Assembly (NCBI GenBank): GCA_963786955.1
Contig: CAWBAT010000005.1
Coordinates: 1,312,001 to 1,376,000, forward strand
DNA length: 64,000 nt
Reading direction: 5' to 3'
DNA from: an uncultured Acidimicrobiia bacterium
Lineage (GTDB): Bacteria; Acidobacteriota; Terriglobia; Versatilivoradales; Versatilivoraceae
Shown: one piece after another, positions 27,998 through 39,066 of the stretch
Layout: each line of letters starts with the position of its first letter
Position numbering within the stretch: position 1 is the stretch's first letter
Translations under genes and position numbers: made by a program
The notes under the pieces: generated by a model
The model's input: the letters and a program-made list of their open reading frames with translations, nothing else
The model's database searches: none
What the model was told of the DNA's origin: nothing

Positions 27998-30436
27998 CTA
28001 TTTGTATAAGAGAGAGGTTTCAATAATTGATTTCTTCAGATCACGATAATAGAGTCCTTTATCCACTTCGTAGATCTCCAGTTCCGAGCCAGGCGCGACA
28101 TCGCCCTGGATCAGAGCTTCGGATAAAGGGTCCTCCACGTATCGCTGCAGAGCCCTACGCAATGGCCGAGCACCATAAGATCTATCTTGGCAGGTCTTGT
28201 CTAGGATCCAGCGCTTGGCATCGGGTGTGAGGGTAATTTTAACGTTCTTTGAAACCATACTTTCGTTGATTTGAATGACCAGCAGATCGACTATTTTCTC
28301 CAAATCCTCATCAGTTAACGAATTGAAGACAATGATCTCATCCAAACGATTGATGAATTCCGGGTTGAACGCCTTCTTAACTTCAGCGGTTACCAGCTCT
28401 TCCATTTTCTGCTGAGTGGATTCTTCGCTCGACCCGTGAAACCCTAGCTGGTGACGCTTTTCAAGAAAACGGGCCCCGAGGTTGGAAGTCATGATGACGA
28501 TCGTATTCTTGAAGTCGATCGTGTTGCCGAGACCATCAGTCAACTGGCCGTCTTCAAAGACCTGCAGCAAGATGTTAAAAACATCGGGGTGAGATTTTTC
28601 AATCTCATCCAGCAGAACAACCGAATAAGGATTTCTTTTGACTCTTTCGGTTAACTGCCCCCCCTCTTCATAACCAACGTATCCCGGGGGAGAGCCGATA
28701 AATTTGGATACGGAGTGCTTTTCCATATATTCCGACATATCAAACCGGATCAGCGCCTTTTCCGTGCCGAATAAGAAATGGGCCAGCATGCGGGCGACCT
28801 CAGTTTTGCCGACCCCCGTCGGTCCCAGGAAGAGAAAGGATCCAACCGGTCGGTTGGGATTCTTTAAACCCGCCCGTGATCGACGAATAGCCCGTGCCAA
28901 TGCGCTAATCGCTTTATCCTGGCTGATAATCCGCCGATGCAGATGCTCTTCAATCCGCATCAACTTGAGCATTTCTTCTTCTTTGATTGAGGTCACCGGA
29001 ATGCCCGTCCACTTGGCGACGACGTTTTCAATATCCTCTTTCGTGACCATGCCAATGGAATTATCTGTCAGGTTAAATTTCTCTTTGACCGACCGAAGTG
29101 TTTCTAACGCCAGCCGTTCTTCATTCTTATAAATTTCAGCTTTTTCAAACTCATGATTGGAGATGGCCGATTCCATGTGAGAAACAATCACTTTGATTTT
29201 CTTCTGAATCTCGGTCATTTCCTTTGGGAGCCTATCCTGACGAAGTTTCACCCGTGCCCCAGCTTCGTCGATTAAATCGATTGCCTTGTCGGGCAGAAAA
29301 CGGTCAGGAATGTAGCGACTCGAATGATGTACGGAGGTTTCAATCGCTTCGTTTGTATACGACACCAAGTGAAACTTCTCATAACGTTCCTTCACCCCGT
29401 TCAGAATCCGAATCGATTCAGATTCGTTGGGAGGAGGAACCTTGACGGCTTGGAACCGCCGCTCCAAAGAGCGGTCTTTCTCGATCGACTTGCGATACTC
29501 CGCCGGGGTCGTCGCGCCGATACATTGAACTTCACCACGGCTCAAAGCGGGTTTCAAGATGTTGGCTGCATCGAGGGATCCTTCCGCGGACCCCGCACCC
29601 ACCAGAGTATGCAATTCGTCAATGAATACAATGGCATTGGGGTTCTCAATGAGTTCCTTCATGATCGTCTTCAAGCGTTCTTCAAACTGTCCACGATACT
29701 TAGTCCCAGCCACGATCAATGACAGATCCAAAGCAAGAATTCGCTTGTCGGCCAAATAGCTTGGCACATCGCCATCCACGATCTTTTGAGCCAGTCCTTC
29801 CACGATGGCTGTTTTGCCGACGCCTGGTTCTCCAATCAGAACCGGGTTGTTCTTTGTTCTTCGGCACAGGATTTGAATGCAACGTTCAAGCTCATTTTCT
29901 CTTCCAACCAGCGGGTCCAATGAATTTTCGGCCGCCAATTGAGTGAGATCACGGCTGAATTCAGCCAACAATGGGGTGTCCTTCGATCGAGCGGCCGCCG
30001 GTTTTTCCGACTGCGTTCGCATGAGTTCCTCCCGGACTGTATTTAACCGTAACCCGCGCTCATGCAAGATCTCGGCTGCCAGGCACTTGTCCTCGCGTAG
30101 GATTCCAAGCAGAAGATGTTCTGTCCCAATGTGGCGGTGACGCAACCGTTCTGCTTCATCTGCCGAAAAAGCCAGGATTCGTTTGCACTCTGCACTTAGA
30201 GGTAAGTCTATGGAAGTAGATACTTTCTCCCTAATAATCGTTCGCCCTTCGATCTCCTTTTTGATGGATTCAATAGAGGAATGCGAGCGAAGGAACCGGT
30301 TCGTCAGGCTCTTGTCCTCTCGCATCAAGCCCAAAAGTAAGTGCTCGGTTTCGATTGAAGGACTCCCATACTGGCTTGCCTCGTACCGGGCAAAGAAAAT
30401 AACTCGGCGTGCCTTTTCAGTATAGCGTTCAAACAT
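27998..30436 (-). CDS. clpC: ATP-dependent Clp protease ATP-binding subunit (ClpC type)
   Basis: MFERYTEKARRV N-domain, two Walker A motifs (GEPGVGKT, GPTGVGKT), UVR-like middle domain, GARPLRR. Confidence 0.9.
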   Translation of the reverse strand: MFERYTEKARRVIFFARYEASQYGSPSIETEHLLLGLMREDKSLTNRFLRSHSSIESIKKEIEGRTIIREKVSTSIDLPLSAECKRILAFSADEAERLRHRHIGTEHLLLGILREDKCLAAEILHERGLRLNTVREELMRTQSEKPAAARSKDTPLLAEFSRDLTQLAAENSLDPLVGRENELERCIQILCRRTKNNPVLIGEPGVGKTAIVEGLAQKIVDGDVPSYLADKRILALDLSLIVAGTKYRGQFEERLKTIMKELIENPNAIVFIDELHTLVGAGSAEGSLDAANILKPALSRGEVQCIGATTPAEYRKSIEKDRSLERRFQAVKVPPPNESESIRILNGVKERYEKFHLVSYTNEAIETSVHHSSRYIPDRFLPDKAIDLIDEAGARVKLRQDRLPKEMTEIQKKIKVIVSHMESAISNHEFEKAEIYKNEERLALETLRSVKEKFNLTDNSIGMVTKEDIENVVAKWTGIPVTSIKEEEMLKLMRIEEHLHRRIISQDKAISALARAIRRSRAGLKNPNRPVGSFLFLGPTGVGKTEVARMLAHFLFGTEKALIRFDMSEYMEKHSVSKFIGSPPGYVGYEEGGQLTERVKRNPYSVVLLDEIEKSHPDVFNILLQVFEDGQLTDGLGNTIDFKNTIVIMTSNLGARFLEKRHQLGFHGSSEESTQQKMEELVTAEVKKAFNPEFINRLDEIIVFNSLTDEDLEKIVDLLVIQINESMVSKNVKITLTPDAKRWILDKTCQDRSYGARPLRRALQRYVEDPLSEALIQGDVAPGSELEIYEVDKGLYYRDLKKSIIETSLLYK

Positions 30437-31145
30437 TGGTTTGATTGACGACGTGCAAAAATCCGTTTTCTAACCGAAGAATTCTGTTACATCTCAAAGC
30501 TATATTAGCATTGTGTGTTGCCAGGATGGAAGTAAGATTTTTCTCTTGCTGGATTTTACGAAATAGCTCGAATACCCTCAGCCCTGTTTGGGTGTCGAGA
30601 CTTCCAGTGGGTTCATCTGCCAGGATTAGCGCTGGATTATTGACCAAAGACCGGGCAATCGCAACCCGTTGTTGCTCCCCTCCGGATAACTCACCGGGAC
30701 GATGTCTCAACCGGTCGCCTAAGCCTACCAGGGTGAGCAATTCTATTCCCAAAGCCTCGTCTGCCGGATCACCGGCAATAATCCGCGGCATGAGCACGTT
30801 TTCCAGTGCCGTAAATTCCGGCAGGAGGTTGTGAAACTGAAAAATAAACCCAATAGAATGTCGTCGAAACTCAGCAAGGGCCTCCGAGTCCAGGCAATAA
30901 ATGTCGGTTTCCCCAAAATAAACAGACCCGTTGCTAGGACGATCCAAAGCACCAAGAATGTGCAACAAAGTACTCTTTCCGGAGCCAGATTCTCCTACGA
31001 TTGCGATCATCTCGCCTCGATGAGCCGTCAGATCAATCCCTTTCAGGATTTCTAATGGCTCCCCAGTGTTCCGGAACGTCTTCCTTATATCCGTGGCTCT
31101 TACAACATCGGCTATTCGAGAGGGATGATTGTGCTGTTCTGACAT
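30429..31145 (-). CDS. lolD: Lipoprotein-releasing ABC transporter ATP-binding protein
   Basis: GESGSGKS, FQFHNLL, LSGGEQQRVA; follows a LolC/E permease. Confidence 0.85.
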   Translation of the reverse strand: MSEQHNHPSRIADVVRATDIRKTFRNTGEPLEILKGIDLTAHRGEMIAIVGESGSGKSTLLHILGALDRPSNGSVYFGETDIYCLDSEALAEFRRHSIGFIFQFHNLLPEFTALENVLMPRIIAGDPADEALGIELLTLVGLGDRLRHRPGELSGGEQQRVAIARSLVNNPALILADEPTGSLDTQTGLRVFELFRKIQQEKNLTSILATHNANIALRCNRILRLENGFLHVVNQTNV

Positions 31146-31147
31146 AC

Positions 31148-32383
31148 CTACTCATACCTCAAGGCCTCGACCGGATCGAGGGTTGCCGCTTTCTTGGAAG
31201 GATAAATTGTGGCCAAAAGGCTAATCACAATAGCAGCCATTGCCACCCAAAGCCCGTCCCAAGGGTTTGTCTTAAATGGGACATGTGAAATTGAGTAGAC
31301 GTCGGTCTCCAATCTTATTAACTCATACTTATCGCAAACCCAACAGGTTAAGTTCCCCAGAATCGATCCCAACACCGATCCCAATAGCCCAATGACCAAG
31401 CCTTGAAAAACAAAGATCTTACGAATTTGATTTTGCGTTGCCCCCATTGAGATCAAGACCGCGATATCCCGGCTCTTCTCCATCACCATCATGATCAACA
31501 CCGTAATGATATTTAAGGCGGCCACGAACACAATCAGCCCGATCGTGATAATCATGACCAATTTCTCCATCTTGAGAGCATGAAAAATGGATTGGTACTG
31601 CTCAATCCAGTCTTTGGTCACGAAATCTGAACCGACGACCTTCAGAATTTTCTCGGAAATACTCTTGACCTGATAAATATCGGACACTTTGCATTCGATC
31701 AGAGAGACTAGTTCTCCCGTTCCGAATAGTCGTTGGGCCGAAGCCAAAGATGTAAACCCCCAGGAAGAGTCGAAGTCATATAATCCCGAGGAAAAGATGG
31801 CGACGACCTTCAGACGCTTTCTCACCGGAAGAGTTCCGATGGGTGACAACTCCCCTTCGTCGCTGATGACGGACACGTAATCGCCGACAAAAGTGCCTAT
31901 TTTCTTGGCCAGTTCATCTCCTAAAGCAATGCGATCTTTGACGGGATCATCTTTTGTGGCCACCAGGTCCTTGAGATTTCCTGATTTGATTTCAAAAAAA
32001 GTATCCCGAAAAAAAGAAGGGTCATTCACGGCAATTCCCTTTAAGTAGACCGGCTGCTGGCGTCCCGCAATGATGAGAACCACCTGGTAGATGGCAGGCA
32101 AGGCGGTCTGTACCCCGGGGACACTCTTGATCTTTTCGGCGAGAGCAGGGTAATTCGAGATCCCATACCGGATCTCTTTGGGGAGCACATTGATGTGGGA
32201 GGTTCCCCGCAAAAGTTTGTTTTGCAAATCTTCGCGAAACCCGGCACTGATTGAAAGAGCCACGATTAATGCCATGACCCCGGACGTTACTCCCAAGATG
32301 GAGATCACGGTGATCACAGAAATGACAGTCTGTTTTCGTTTAGCTTTGAGGTAGCGAAGCGCGACGAACAGCTCGAACTTCAT
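31148..32383 (-). CDS. Lipoprotein-releasing ABC transporter permease (LolC/E)
   Basis: MKFELFVALRYL start at 32383 (ORF-track start 32620 overlaps lysS), EKSRDIAVL.SMGA, LDPVEALRYE. Confidence 0.88.
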   Translation of the reverse strand: MKFELFVALRYLKAKRKQTVISVITVISILGVTSGVMALIVALSISAGFREDLQNKLLRGTSHINVLPKEIRYGISNYPALAEKIKSVPGVQTALPAIYQVVLIIAGRQQPVYLKGIAVNDPSFFRDTFFEIKSGNLKDLVATKDDPVKDRIALGDELAKKIGTFVGDYVSVISDEGELSPIGTLPVRKRLKVVAIFSSGLYDFDSSWGFTSLASAQRLFGTGELVSLIECKVSDIYQVKSISEKILKVVGSDFVTKDWIEQYQSIFHALKMEKLVMIITIGLIVFVAALNIITVLIMMVMEKSRDIAVLISMGATQNQIRKIFVFQGLVIGLLGSVLGSILGNLTCWVCDKYELIRLETDVYSISHVPFKTNPWDGLWVAMAAIVISLLATIYPSKKAATLDPVEALRYE

Positions 32384-32387
32384 GGAG

Positions 32388-33929
32388 TTACTCTCGTTTT
32401 TCAGGACGCAAGTGAGGAAAGAGAATGACATCTCGTATGGAGCGCGAATTGGTGAAGAGCATCGTGAGCCGGTCGATACCAATCCCTTCACCGGCCGTGG
32501 GAGGCATCCCAAAGCGAAGCGCCCGGAGGTAATCTTCGTCCATCTGGTGAGCTTCCTCGTCGCCTTTCTCCCGTTCGGAAACTTGGGCTTCAAAACGACG
32601 TTGCTGCTCTTCCGGATCATTCAATTCACTGTAGGCATTGGCGATTTCCATGCCGCCCATGTACAGTTCAAATCGCTCCACCATTGAAGGGTCATCCGCT
32701 TTGGTTTTACTGAGCGGGGAGAGCTCGATTGGATAGTCATAAATGATTGTGGGTTGAATCAAATGCCTCTCTACTACCGCTTCAAATAATGCACCCAATA
32801 AAGCCCCGTTCGAAAGGCTTTGGCTTATTGGAATAGTCTCTAGTGAATGGCTCCCCGCATATTCATTCCATTGGCGCGCCCTATTCAACAGAGAACCTGA
32901 AACTTGTAGCTCTTCAGGATTCAGGGAAGGGAGGTGAGGAGAGGGCCAGAAGTGAAGAATGGCTTCCTTTAGCGAGTAGCGCTCCCAATGGAAAAGCGAG
33001 ATGTGCTGACCGTCATACTCAAATTCTTCTTTCCCCAGTAAATTCCGGGCTAATTGCTTTAAAAGCTCTTCCGTGAGATCCATCAGATCCCGATAGTCAC
33101 TATAGGATTGATAGAATTCGAGCATCGTGAACTCAGGATTATGCTGGGTTGAAATCCCTTCATTTCGAAAATTGCGGTTAATTTCATAAACTCGCTCCAG
33201 CTGGCCTACGATGAGTCGCTTCAAGTAGAGTTCAGGAGCAATTCGCAGGAAGAGATCCATGTCTAGTGCATTGTGATGAGTCTTGAAGGGACGAGCCGTT
33301 GCGCCTCCAGCCAGAGGCTGCATCATGGGCGTTTCCACCTCGACGTAACCGCGTGCATCCAAGAAACTCCGGATCTCTTTGATTACTTTGCTGCGAATGA
33401 CAAAAACCTCTCTGGAATCTTTATTGGAGATCAAGTCGAGATACCGCTGCCGATAGCGAATCTCTACATCCGCAAGCCCGTGCCATTTCTCAGGCAACGG
33501 CAAAAGAGACTTGGCAAGGAAAGTAAGTTTCTGGGCATGAACGGTAAGCTCATTGGTTTTGGTCCGGAACAAATACCCTTCAATCCCAATGAAATCGCCA
33601 ATGTCCAACAGCTTGTAAAGAGCGAAGTCCTGCTCTTCAAGATCATCTTTCCGAATGTAGGCCTGAAGGGACACATTTCCATTGGAGATATTGAGGAATC
33701 CGGCTTTTCCTTGCCCACGCATTGCCACGACTCGCCCGCAGACACGCACGATGATTTTCTCGGCTTCGAGGGATTCCTTGGAAGAGTCTTGATACAGCAC
33801 CAAGAGGTGGTCAATGGTGTGCGAGTAGTCGTAGCGATGAGGGTATGCGTGAAAACCCAGCTGCTGGATCGATTCGAGCTTTGAATAACGCTGGGCAACC
33901 AGTTCGGGTTTGTTCTTGGTATCGGACAA
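32388..33929 (-). CDS. lysS: Lysine--tRNA ligase (class II)
   Basis: [38 protein letters not shown]. Confidence 0.97.
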   Translation of the reverse strand: MSDTKNKPELVAQRYSKLESIQQLGFHAYPHRYDYSHTIDHLLVLYQDSSKESLEAEKIIVRVCGRVVAMRGQGKAGFLNISNGNVSLQAYIRKDDLEEQDFALYKLLDIGDFIGIEGYLFRTKTNELTVHAQKLTFLAKSLLPLPEKWHGLADVEIRYRQRYLDLISNKDSREVFVIRSKVIKEIRSFLDARGYVEVETPMMQPLAGGATARPFKTHHNALDMDLFLRIAPELYLKRLIVGQLERVYEINRNFRNEGISTQHNPEFTMLEFYQSYSDYRDLMDLTEELLKQLARNLLGKEEFEYDGQHISLFHWERYSLKEAILHFWPSPHLPSLNPEELQVSGSLLNRARQWNEYAGSHSLETIPISQSLSNGALLGALFEAVVERHLIQPTIIYDYPIELSPLSKTKADDPSMVERFELYMGGMEIANAYSELNDPEEQQRRFEAQVSEREKGDEEAHQMDEDYLRALRFGMPPTAGEGIGIDRLTMLFTNSRSIRDVILFPHLRPEKRE

Positions 33930-33954
33930 TGACCTTATTTCTCCTTCAGTGAAA

Positions 33955-34419
33955 TCAAGACCGATTTGGCTCGAGTGGCGTTTCGACCGGCTCTTTCGCG
34001 GACTGGTCCGGCCCTTCCCGCTCTTTTCGGATGCTGTCCAAAATTCCGTTGATGAAAAGAATTGATTCGTGGGTGCTGAACTTCCGAGCGACTTCCAAAG
34101 CCTCGTTAATCACCACCGCACAGGGCGTTCCGGTTTCATGGAGCAGTTCAAAGGTGGCCATCCTTAAGATGTTCCGGTCAACGGCCGGCATCCGGGGCAG
34201 ACGCCAGTGTTCCGCATGACTCGCCAATAACTCATCTATTCTCTCGACATTTTCAATGGTTCCTTCAACGAGCTGATCCGAAAAACACCGCACGTCGTCA
34301 TCGGCCTCCTTATGGAGTGTCCAGAACGAATCTCGGACATCCTCGTAGGCTTCTTTGGAAAAATCCCATTGAAAAAGCATTTGAAGAGCCAATTCCCGGC
34401 TCTTTCGTCGACCCGCCAT
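33955..34419 (-). CDS. nusB: Transcription antitermination factor NusB
   Basis: [33 protein letters not shown]. Confidence 0.95.
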   Translation of the reverse strand: MAGRRKSRELALQMLFQWDFSKEAYEDVRDSFWTLHKEADDDVRCFSDQLVEGTIENVERIDELLASHAEHWRLPRMPAVDRNILRMATFELLHETGTPCAVVINEALEVARKFSTHESILFINGILDSIRKEREGPDQSAKEPVETPLEPNRS

Positions 34420-34430
34420 TGCGTGATTCC

Positions 34431-34898
34431 TTAAAGCTGTTTGAGAAGATTCGCCATTTCGACGGCGCTCATCGCCGCTTCAAATCCTTTGTTCCCGGAT
34501 TTCAGTCCCGCCCTGTCGATGGCCTGTTCAACCGAATCTGCCGTCAGAACACCATAAGCGACCGGTATGCTGCCTTCTAAAGAAACCGAAGCAATGCCCT
34601 TTGTGACTTCACTGCTGATGTATTCAAAATGAGGCGTATCCCCGCGGATCAAGGTTCCCAGACAGATTATCGCGTCGTGTTTCTTCGATTCCGCCAGTCT
34701 TTTTGCAGCCAGCGGGATCTCAAATGATCCCGGAACTCGAACCACCGTGATATCTGATTCTGCAGTTCCGGATCTTTCCAGAGCGTCCAGTGCCCCCGCC
34801 AGCAAGCGACTGGTTATAAACTCATTAACGCGGCTGGCAACGATCGCAAACCGTAAACCGCTAGAAGTCAAATTCCCTTGGACTATTTTGGGCGCCAT
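34431..34898 (-). CDS. ribH: 6,7-dimethyl-8-ribityllumazine synthase
   Basis: [29 protein letters not shown]; ATG 34898 with GGAGGT RBS. Confidence 0.95.
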   Translation of the reverse strand: MAPKIVQGNLTSSGLRFAIVASRVNEFITSRLLAGALDALERSGTAESDITVVRVPGSFEIPLAAKRLAESKKHDAIICLGTLIRGDTPHFEYISSEVTKGIASVSLEGSIPVAYGVLTADSVEQAIDRAGLKSGNKGFEAAMSAVEMANLLKQL

Positions 34899-35214
34899 AA
34901 AACTACCTCCGCTGAGTGCAGGGCTCAGCAATGAGTTGAGCCCTTAAATCGCCGAAAAGGCCGTTGTAAAGCCAAACCAGCATGATATCAGGTTTTCGAG
35001 GTGAGTCTAGTGGAAATTACTCAGCTAAGATCAACAAGACAAATTGCTTAAGGACGGAGCGACCGGCATTATAGAGCTCGATCAGCCGAGAAAAGACTTA
35101 AAGCGAGAGAGCCAGGGGTTGATAAAATTCACTGCCGGCCTGGCACTGTATTAAAAGTCCCGGCCAGAGGATTTGAGAGTTGTTACCCTGTTATGCCTAG
35201 CTTAAGATAGCCCC

Positions 35215-36132
35215 ATGTTCAGGCAACGATTCAATTGGAAATTCCAGCGCATTCTCCGGGAACTCGAAGAACGCCTGGATACATTTCAGAACCTCTGGCG
35301 AGGGACTCAAGTGAAGAACCGGATGTGTTCTTCTTGCCGAGCACTGGTGGATTCTGATGAGAGGGTTTGTCCCCACTGCCACGAGAGGTTGGGGCGGCGC
35401 ATTGGAGGCGTCGAAAAGCTTCTGCAGAATCTGATTCCGAACTTTGCTCCCGTTTCCTATATTGTGTTGACGATCAATTTTCTTTGGTTTGTCATCATCT
35501 TCGTTTCACAGCGTGAATCCACTGGCCAGGATTTGAGAATGTTTCTGATGGGAGGGAGTGTCAAAAGCATCGTTCAGTGGGGAGGAGATGCTGCGCTGCT
35601 TGTTTCACAAGGCCAGTGGTGGCGTTTGGTTTCGGCCATTTTCGTTCACATCGGGGTCATTCATTTGTTGTTCAACTCCTATGCCCTCATTTTCATCGGA
35701 CCGCTTATAGAAGAGTTGCTCGGTCGAGAACGGTTTCTAGTCATCTATGTTGGAACCGGAGTTCTAGGCTTTGTGTTGAGCAATGTCTATTACCATCCGG
35801 TCCATGTCACGGCAGGGGCATCTGGAGCTATTTTCGGCCTTATTGGCACGGGGATCATCCTTTCCAGAAAGTGGGCCGCGTGGGGAAGCCTATTAAAAGA
35901 ACAACTGGTTCATTGGGCTATCTATGGTCTGGGTTATGGATTATTAGTAGGAGCCAATAATGCCGCCCATATTGGTGGATTCCTCTCAGGCATGGGGATT
36001 GCCTTCCTTCTCCGCAATCCGGCATTGAGTACATCCCGAGAAGAAATCTCGTGGAGAATCCTCTATTGGGTCGTTTTATTGCTGACGATCGCATCCCTCG
36101 TTTTGGCCTTGCTTTCGGGAACCACATCTTAA
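35215..36132 (+). CDS. Rhomboid intramembrane serine protease with N-terminal zinc ribbon
   Basis: WWRL, HLLFN, GASG, AHIGG; CSSC..CPHC. Confidence 0.9.
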   Translation: MFRQRFNWKFQRILRELEERLDTFQNLWRGTQVKNRMCSSCRALVDSDERVCPHCHERLGRRIGGVEKLLQNLIPNFAPVSYIVLTINFLWFVIIFVSQRESTGQDLRMFLMGGSVKSIVQWGGDAALLVSQGQWWRLVSAIFVHIGVIHLLFNSYALIFIGPLIEELLGRERFLVIYVGTGVLGFVLSNVYYHPVHVTAGASGAIFGLIGTGIILSRKWAAWGSLLKEQLVHWAIYGLGYGLLVGANNAAHIGGFLSGMGIAFLLRNPALSTSREEISWRILYWVVLLLTIASLVLALLSGTTS

Positions 36133-36187
36133 ATTTCTGCTCGGGTTTTGAGATTGGGTGGCGAAGCGGAGCATGGCTGCGACAAGT

Positions 36188-37204
36188 CTATAGCGTCACC
36201 AGAACCCCGGCTCCCTGGATCTGCCCGGATCGTAATGCCGAGAGGGCTTCGTTGGCTTCCCTTAGGGGGAAAACAACAACCTCGCATTTTACCGGAATCT
36301 GAAGAGCGAGGGCTAGAAACTCCTGCCCGTCTCGACGCGTCAGATTTGCCACTGAGCGGATGACTCGCTCCCCCCAAAGCAGGGAATAGGGGAAGGACGG
36401 GATGTCACTCATATGGATGCCTGCGCAAACCACGGTTCCACCCTTAATGACGGACTGCAAGGCGAGCGGAACCAGTTCTCCTATAGGAGCAAAGATAATG
36501 GCGGCATCCAAAGGGCTTGGGCAGAGATGCGACGAATCTCCCGCCCAGACTGCCCCCAGTCTGCGAGCATGGGATTGGCTCGCGACATCGCCAGGGCGCG
36601 TGAAAGCGTAAATCTCGCGTCCTTGATAACGGGCCACTTGAATCAAAATGTGAGCGGCGGCGCCAAAGCCATAAAAACCCAGGCGCCTGGCATCACCCGC
36701 GAGCTTGAGCGAGCGATAACCGATCAGACCGGCGCACAAAAGAGGAGCGGTCTGAAGATCCGGGTATCGCGAAGGAATTGGAAAGCAAAAACGCTCATCG
36801 GCGACGGTGTATTCAGCATATCCTCCATCGAGCTGGTAACCCGTGAATCGAGCTTGATCACAAAGATTTTCCCTTCCGTCGGTGCAGAACGAGCAGTGAC
36901 CACAAGTCCATCCCAGCCAAGGGACGCCAACACGGTCCCCAAGTTTGATCGTACTCACCTCCGCTCCCAAGGCCACGACTGTCCCTACAATTTGGTGGCC
37001 TGGAATCAATGGCAATTTCGGCTGTGTCAGTTCTCCATCCACGACATGGAGATCGGTTCTGCAGATCCCGCAAGCCTGAACGCGCAAGAGGACTTGCTTC
37101 GACTCTGGCTTTGGAACGGGGACTTGCTTCGGGACTAATCCCTGGCGAGATTGCGCGAGAACCATTGCCAGCATCGTAGAGCGGATATTTCGGCCCATAG
37201 GCAC
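36188..37204 (-). CDS. Zinc-dependent alcohol dehydrogenase family protein
   Basis: CGICRTDLH, PGHQIVG, CGHCSFC..C, LLCAGLIG. Confidence 0.9.
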   Translation of the reverse strand: MPMGRNIRSTMLAMVLAQSRQGLVPKQVPVPKPESKQVLLRVQACGICRTDLHVVDGELTQPKLPLIPGHQIVGTVVALGAEVSTIKLGDRVGVPWLGWTCGHCSFCTDGRENLCDQARFTGYQLDGGYAEYTVADERFCFPIPSRYPDLQTAPLLCAGLIGYRSLKLAGDARRLGFYGFGAAAHILIQVARYQGREIYAFTRPGDVASQSHARRLGAVWAGDSSHLCPSPLDAAIIFAPIGELVPLALQSVIKGGTVVCAGIHMSDIPSFPYSLLWGERVIRSVANLTRRDGQEFLALALQIPVKCEVVVFPLREANEALSALRSGQIQGAGVLVTL

Positions 37205-37302
37205 GGATTTAAAAGGCGCTTGAATTTGTCACGCAATGGGGGAATGAGGCTTAACTTTGTTGTCGCAGTGATCCCAAATTCCGAAGTAGCTTCAGCGTCG
37301 CT

Positions 37303-37363
37303 AGGTGGAGCGGGCGCTCCCGCGCACGCTCAATGAACGCACGGCGGAGCGTGCGTTCCACCT
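37303..37363. repeat. REP doublet (GTGG family)
   Basis: AGGTGGAGCGGGCGCTCCCGCG..AACGCACGGCGGAGCGTGCGTTCCACCT in inverted orientation. Confidence 0.7.
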
Positions 37364-37475
37364 GAATCTGCAGGTCGTCGGTATACTTTTCCACTTTCTT
37401 GAGCGCCTTGTAAGTCTAAGGAAAATCAGCAATTCGATAGAAATTCCGCCCGCCGAATTTCGGAATTCGGGGTAA

Positions 37476-38120
37476 TTAGCTCTCACAACCACACTTTGCA
37501 CCGCGAATCGCCGCAATGCCTTCCTTTACCATCAATGGAACCATCAGCAACCCGGCGACTGGATCCGCCCACCACCATCCCAGCGAAGCATTCAATGACA
37601 AGCCCGCGAGCAAGATGAGCGACAGATAGGCGCAGAGATCGGACTGGCGAGAATCGGCATGAAGTGCTCGACTGTCAATCTTCACCGCGACCCGGCGCTT
37701 GGCGCGCGCCAATACGGGCATCACAATAAGCGATGCGATTGCCAGGCAGATCCCTACAAGACTGGTTTCAGGAGGCTCACGCTTGAATAGAACTTTTCCC
37801 GATCCCCCTCCAACATAAATGGCTAACACGAGAAAACTGATCCCCACTAAGCGGAGTGCCCGTTTCTCGCGGGTATCATTGTCGGGATGCTCGCGGAGCC
37901 GCCAAATGAGAGCAACTCCAGAGAGACTCTCAATTAAGGAGTCAATGCCAAATCCAATGAGGGAAATACTTCCAGCGGCGAGGCCACTAGACGCAGCAAC
38001 ACATGCTTCGAACAGATTCCACCCGATGGTGAAATATTCAAGCTGCCTCCCACGTTTCATAAAACCAGAGTGCGAAGCGCAGGTCTCTAAAACGGTTTCA
38101 GTCATTGTCTGATTATACAC
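37476..38120 (-). CDS. Cation efflux (CDF-related) membrane protein
   Basis: GSISLIGFGIDSLIE, ALHADS, WWWADP; about 6 TMs. Confidence 0.75.
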   Translation of the reverse strand: MYNQTMTETVLETCASHSGFMKRGRQLEYFTIGWNLFEACVAASSGLAAGSISLIGFGIDSLIESLSGVALIWRLREHPDNDTREKRALRLVGISFLVLAIYVGGGSGKVLFKREPPETSLVGICLAIASLIVMPVLARAKRRVAVKIDSRALHADSRQSDLCAYLSLILLAGLSLNASLGWWWADPVAGLLMVPLMVKEGIAAIRGAKCGCES

Positions 38121-38237
38121 CGGAGTCTGTCTATCCAGAGATTCTGCTAGATGGCAAGGATCATTCTATCTGGCCATGACCGCCCGGTGCCATATCATTA
38201 TGATGAGCTTACCAGCGGAGAACGTCTCCGAGGGAAA

Positions 38238-38276
38238 GGAAAAGGCCGCTCCTCTGCTGCCAGAAAAGCGGCCTTG
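38238..38276 (-). terminator. Rho-independent terminator after the OMP gene
   Basis: Minus strand AAGGCCGCT..AGCGGCCTTTTCCTTT. Confidence 0.65.
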
Positions 38277-38313
38277 GTTTATCCTAAGAGAACCGAATCC
38301 ATACTATTCTGAA

Positions 38314-38961
38314 CTACTTGCCTCCGAAGTAGTAGACGACTCCCGCCGTGTAGCGGAAGTTGTTCTGGTTATTCGTCAGCGTGTAAGGATTGGTGTAGCG
38401 GGTCAATATCCAATCGATTTCTACGGGCCGGATCGCAAAGTTCTTAGAAACTTTCACGTCAAGGCCGCCACCGAACGCCATGGTGAATGGGTGTTGGGTC
38501 CCAGAGGCAACATTCCCCCCCACCCCATTAAAGGCTTCGGCCACGTTGGCGTACGCATTGCTGTTCGAACCTCCGAAGAGCAACTCACCGAAGACATTTA
38601 CTTTCGAGGTGCGATAGGTGATTTGAGGTCCGAATAAATAGGTAAACATATTGCCCTGAGTGGTAATCGGAGCAATTGTTGCAAGACCTCCGCTCCCAGG
38701 GATTGGAGTATTCGCGGGGATGGTGTAGTTGGTGCTGCCATAGCCCATGAACTCGGCTTTGATTCCGATAAAATTGTTGAGATTAAATGTGACTCCGCCG
38801 CCACCGCCGTTGAAGCTGGTGTTGCGGATACCCGGAAGGGTTGGATTAAAGCGAAAATAGGAGTACTCCCCAAAAATTTCTGCCTTGGGCGCGTCATCCG
38901 CGATAGCTGGAACTGCATAAGCACATAAAAGGGCAGCAAGAAGTACTAATTTACTCTTCAT
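38314..38961 (-). CDS. Outer-membrane beta-barrel protein (small, OmpW/Ail-like)
   Basis: Signal peptide, alternating beta strands, FGGGLD, C-terminal GVVYYF; AAGGAGG RBS. Confidence 0.8.
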   Translation of the reverse strand: MKSKLVLLAALLCAYAVPAIADDAPKAEIFGEYSYFRFNPTLPGIRNTSFNGGGGGVTFNLNNFIGIKAEFMGYGSTNYTIPANTPIPGSGGLATIAPITTQGNMFTYLFGPQITYRTSKVNVFGELLFGGSNSNAYANVAEAFNGVGGNVASGTQHPFTMAFGGGLDVKVSKNFAIRPVEIDWILTRYTNPYTLTNNQNNFRYTAGVVYYFGGK

Positions 38962-38982
38962 GTAAAGTATCCTCCTTAAGGA

Positions 38983-39066
38983 TTAGGTACGTTGACATTC
39001 ACTTGCGAATTGTTCGCCTCGGGTAAAACGCAAAAAGGTGTTAGAGTAGATACCCAACACGCTCAA
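38983..39066 (-). CDS. Possible 27-aa leader/small ORF upstream of the OMP gene
   Basis: AAGGAGGTGAAC-TTG start; MSVLGIYSNTFLRFTRGEQFASECQRT; stop 22 nt before the OMP ATG. Confidence 0.3.
   Translation of the reverse strand: MSVLGIYSNTFLRFTRGEQFASECQRT

Noticed and set aside
34945-35200. FMN riboswitch upstream of ribH
   Set aside because: No FMN aptamer consensus on either strand
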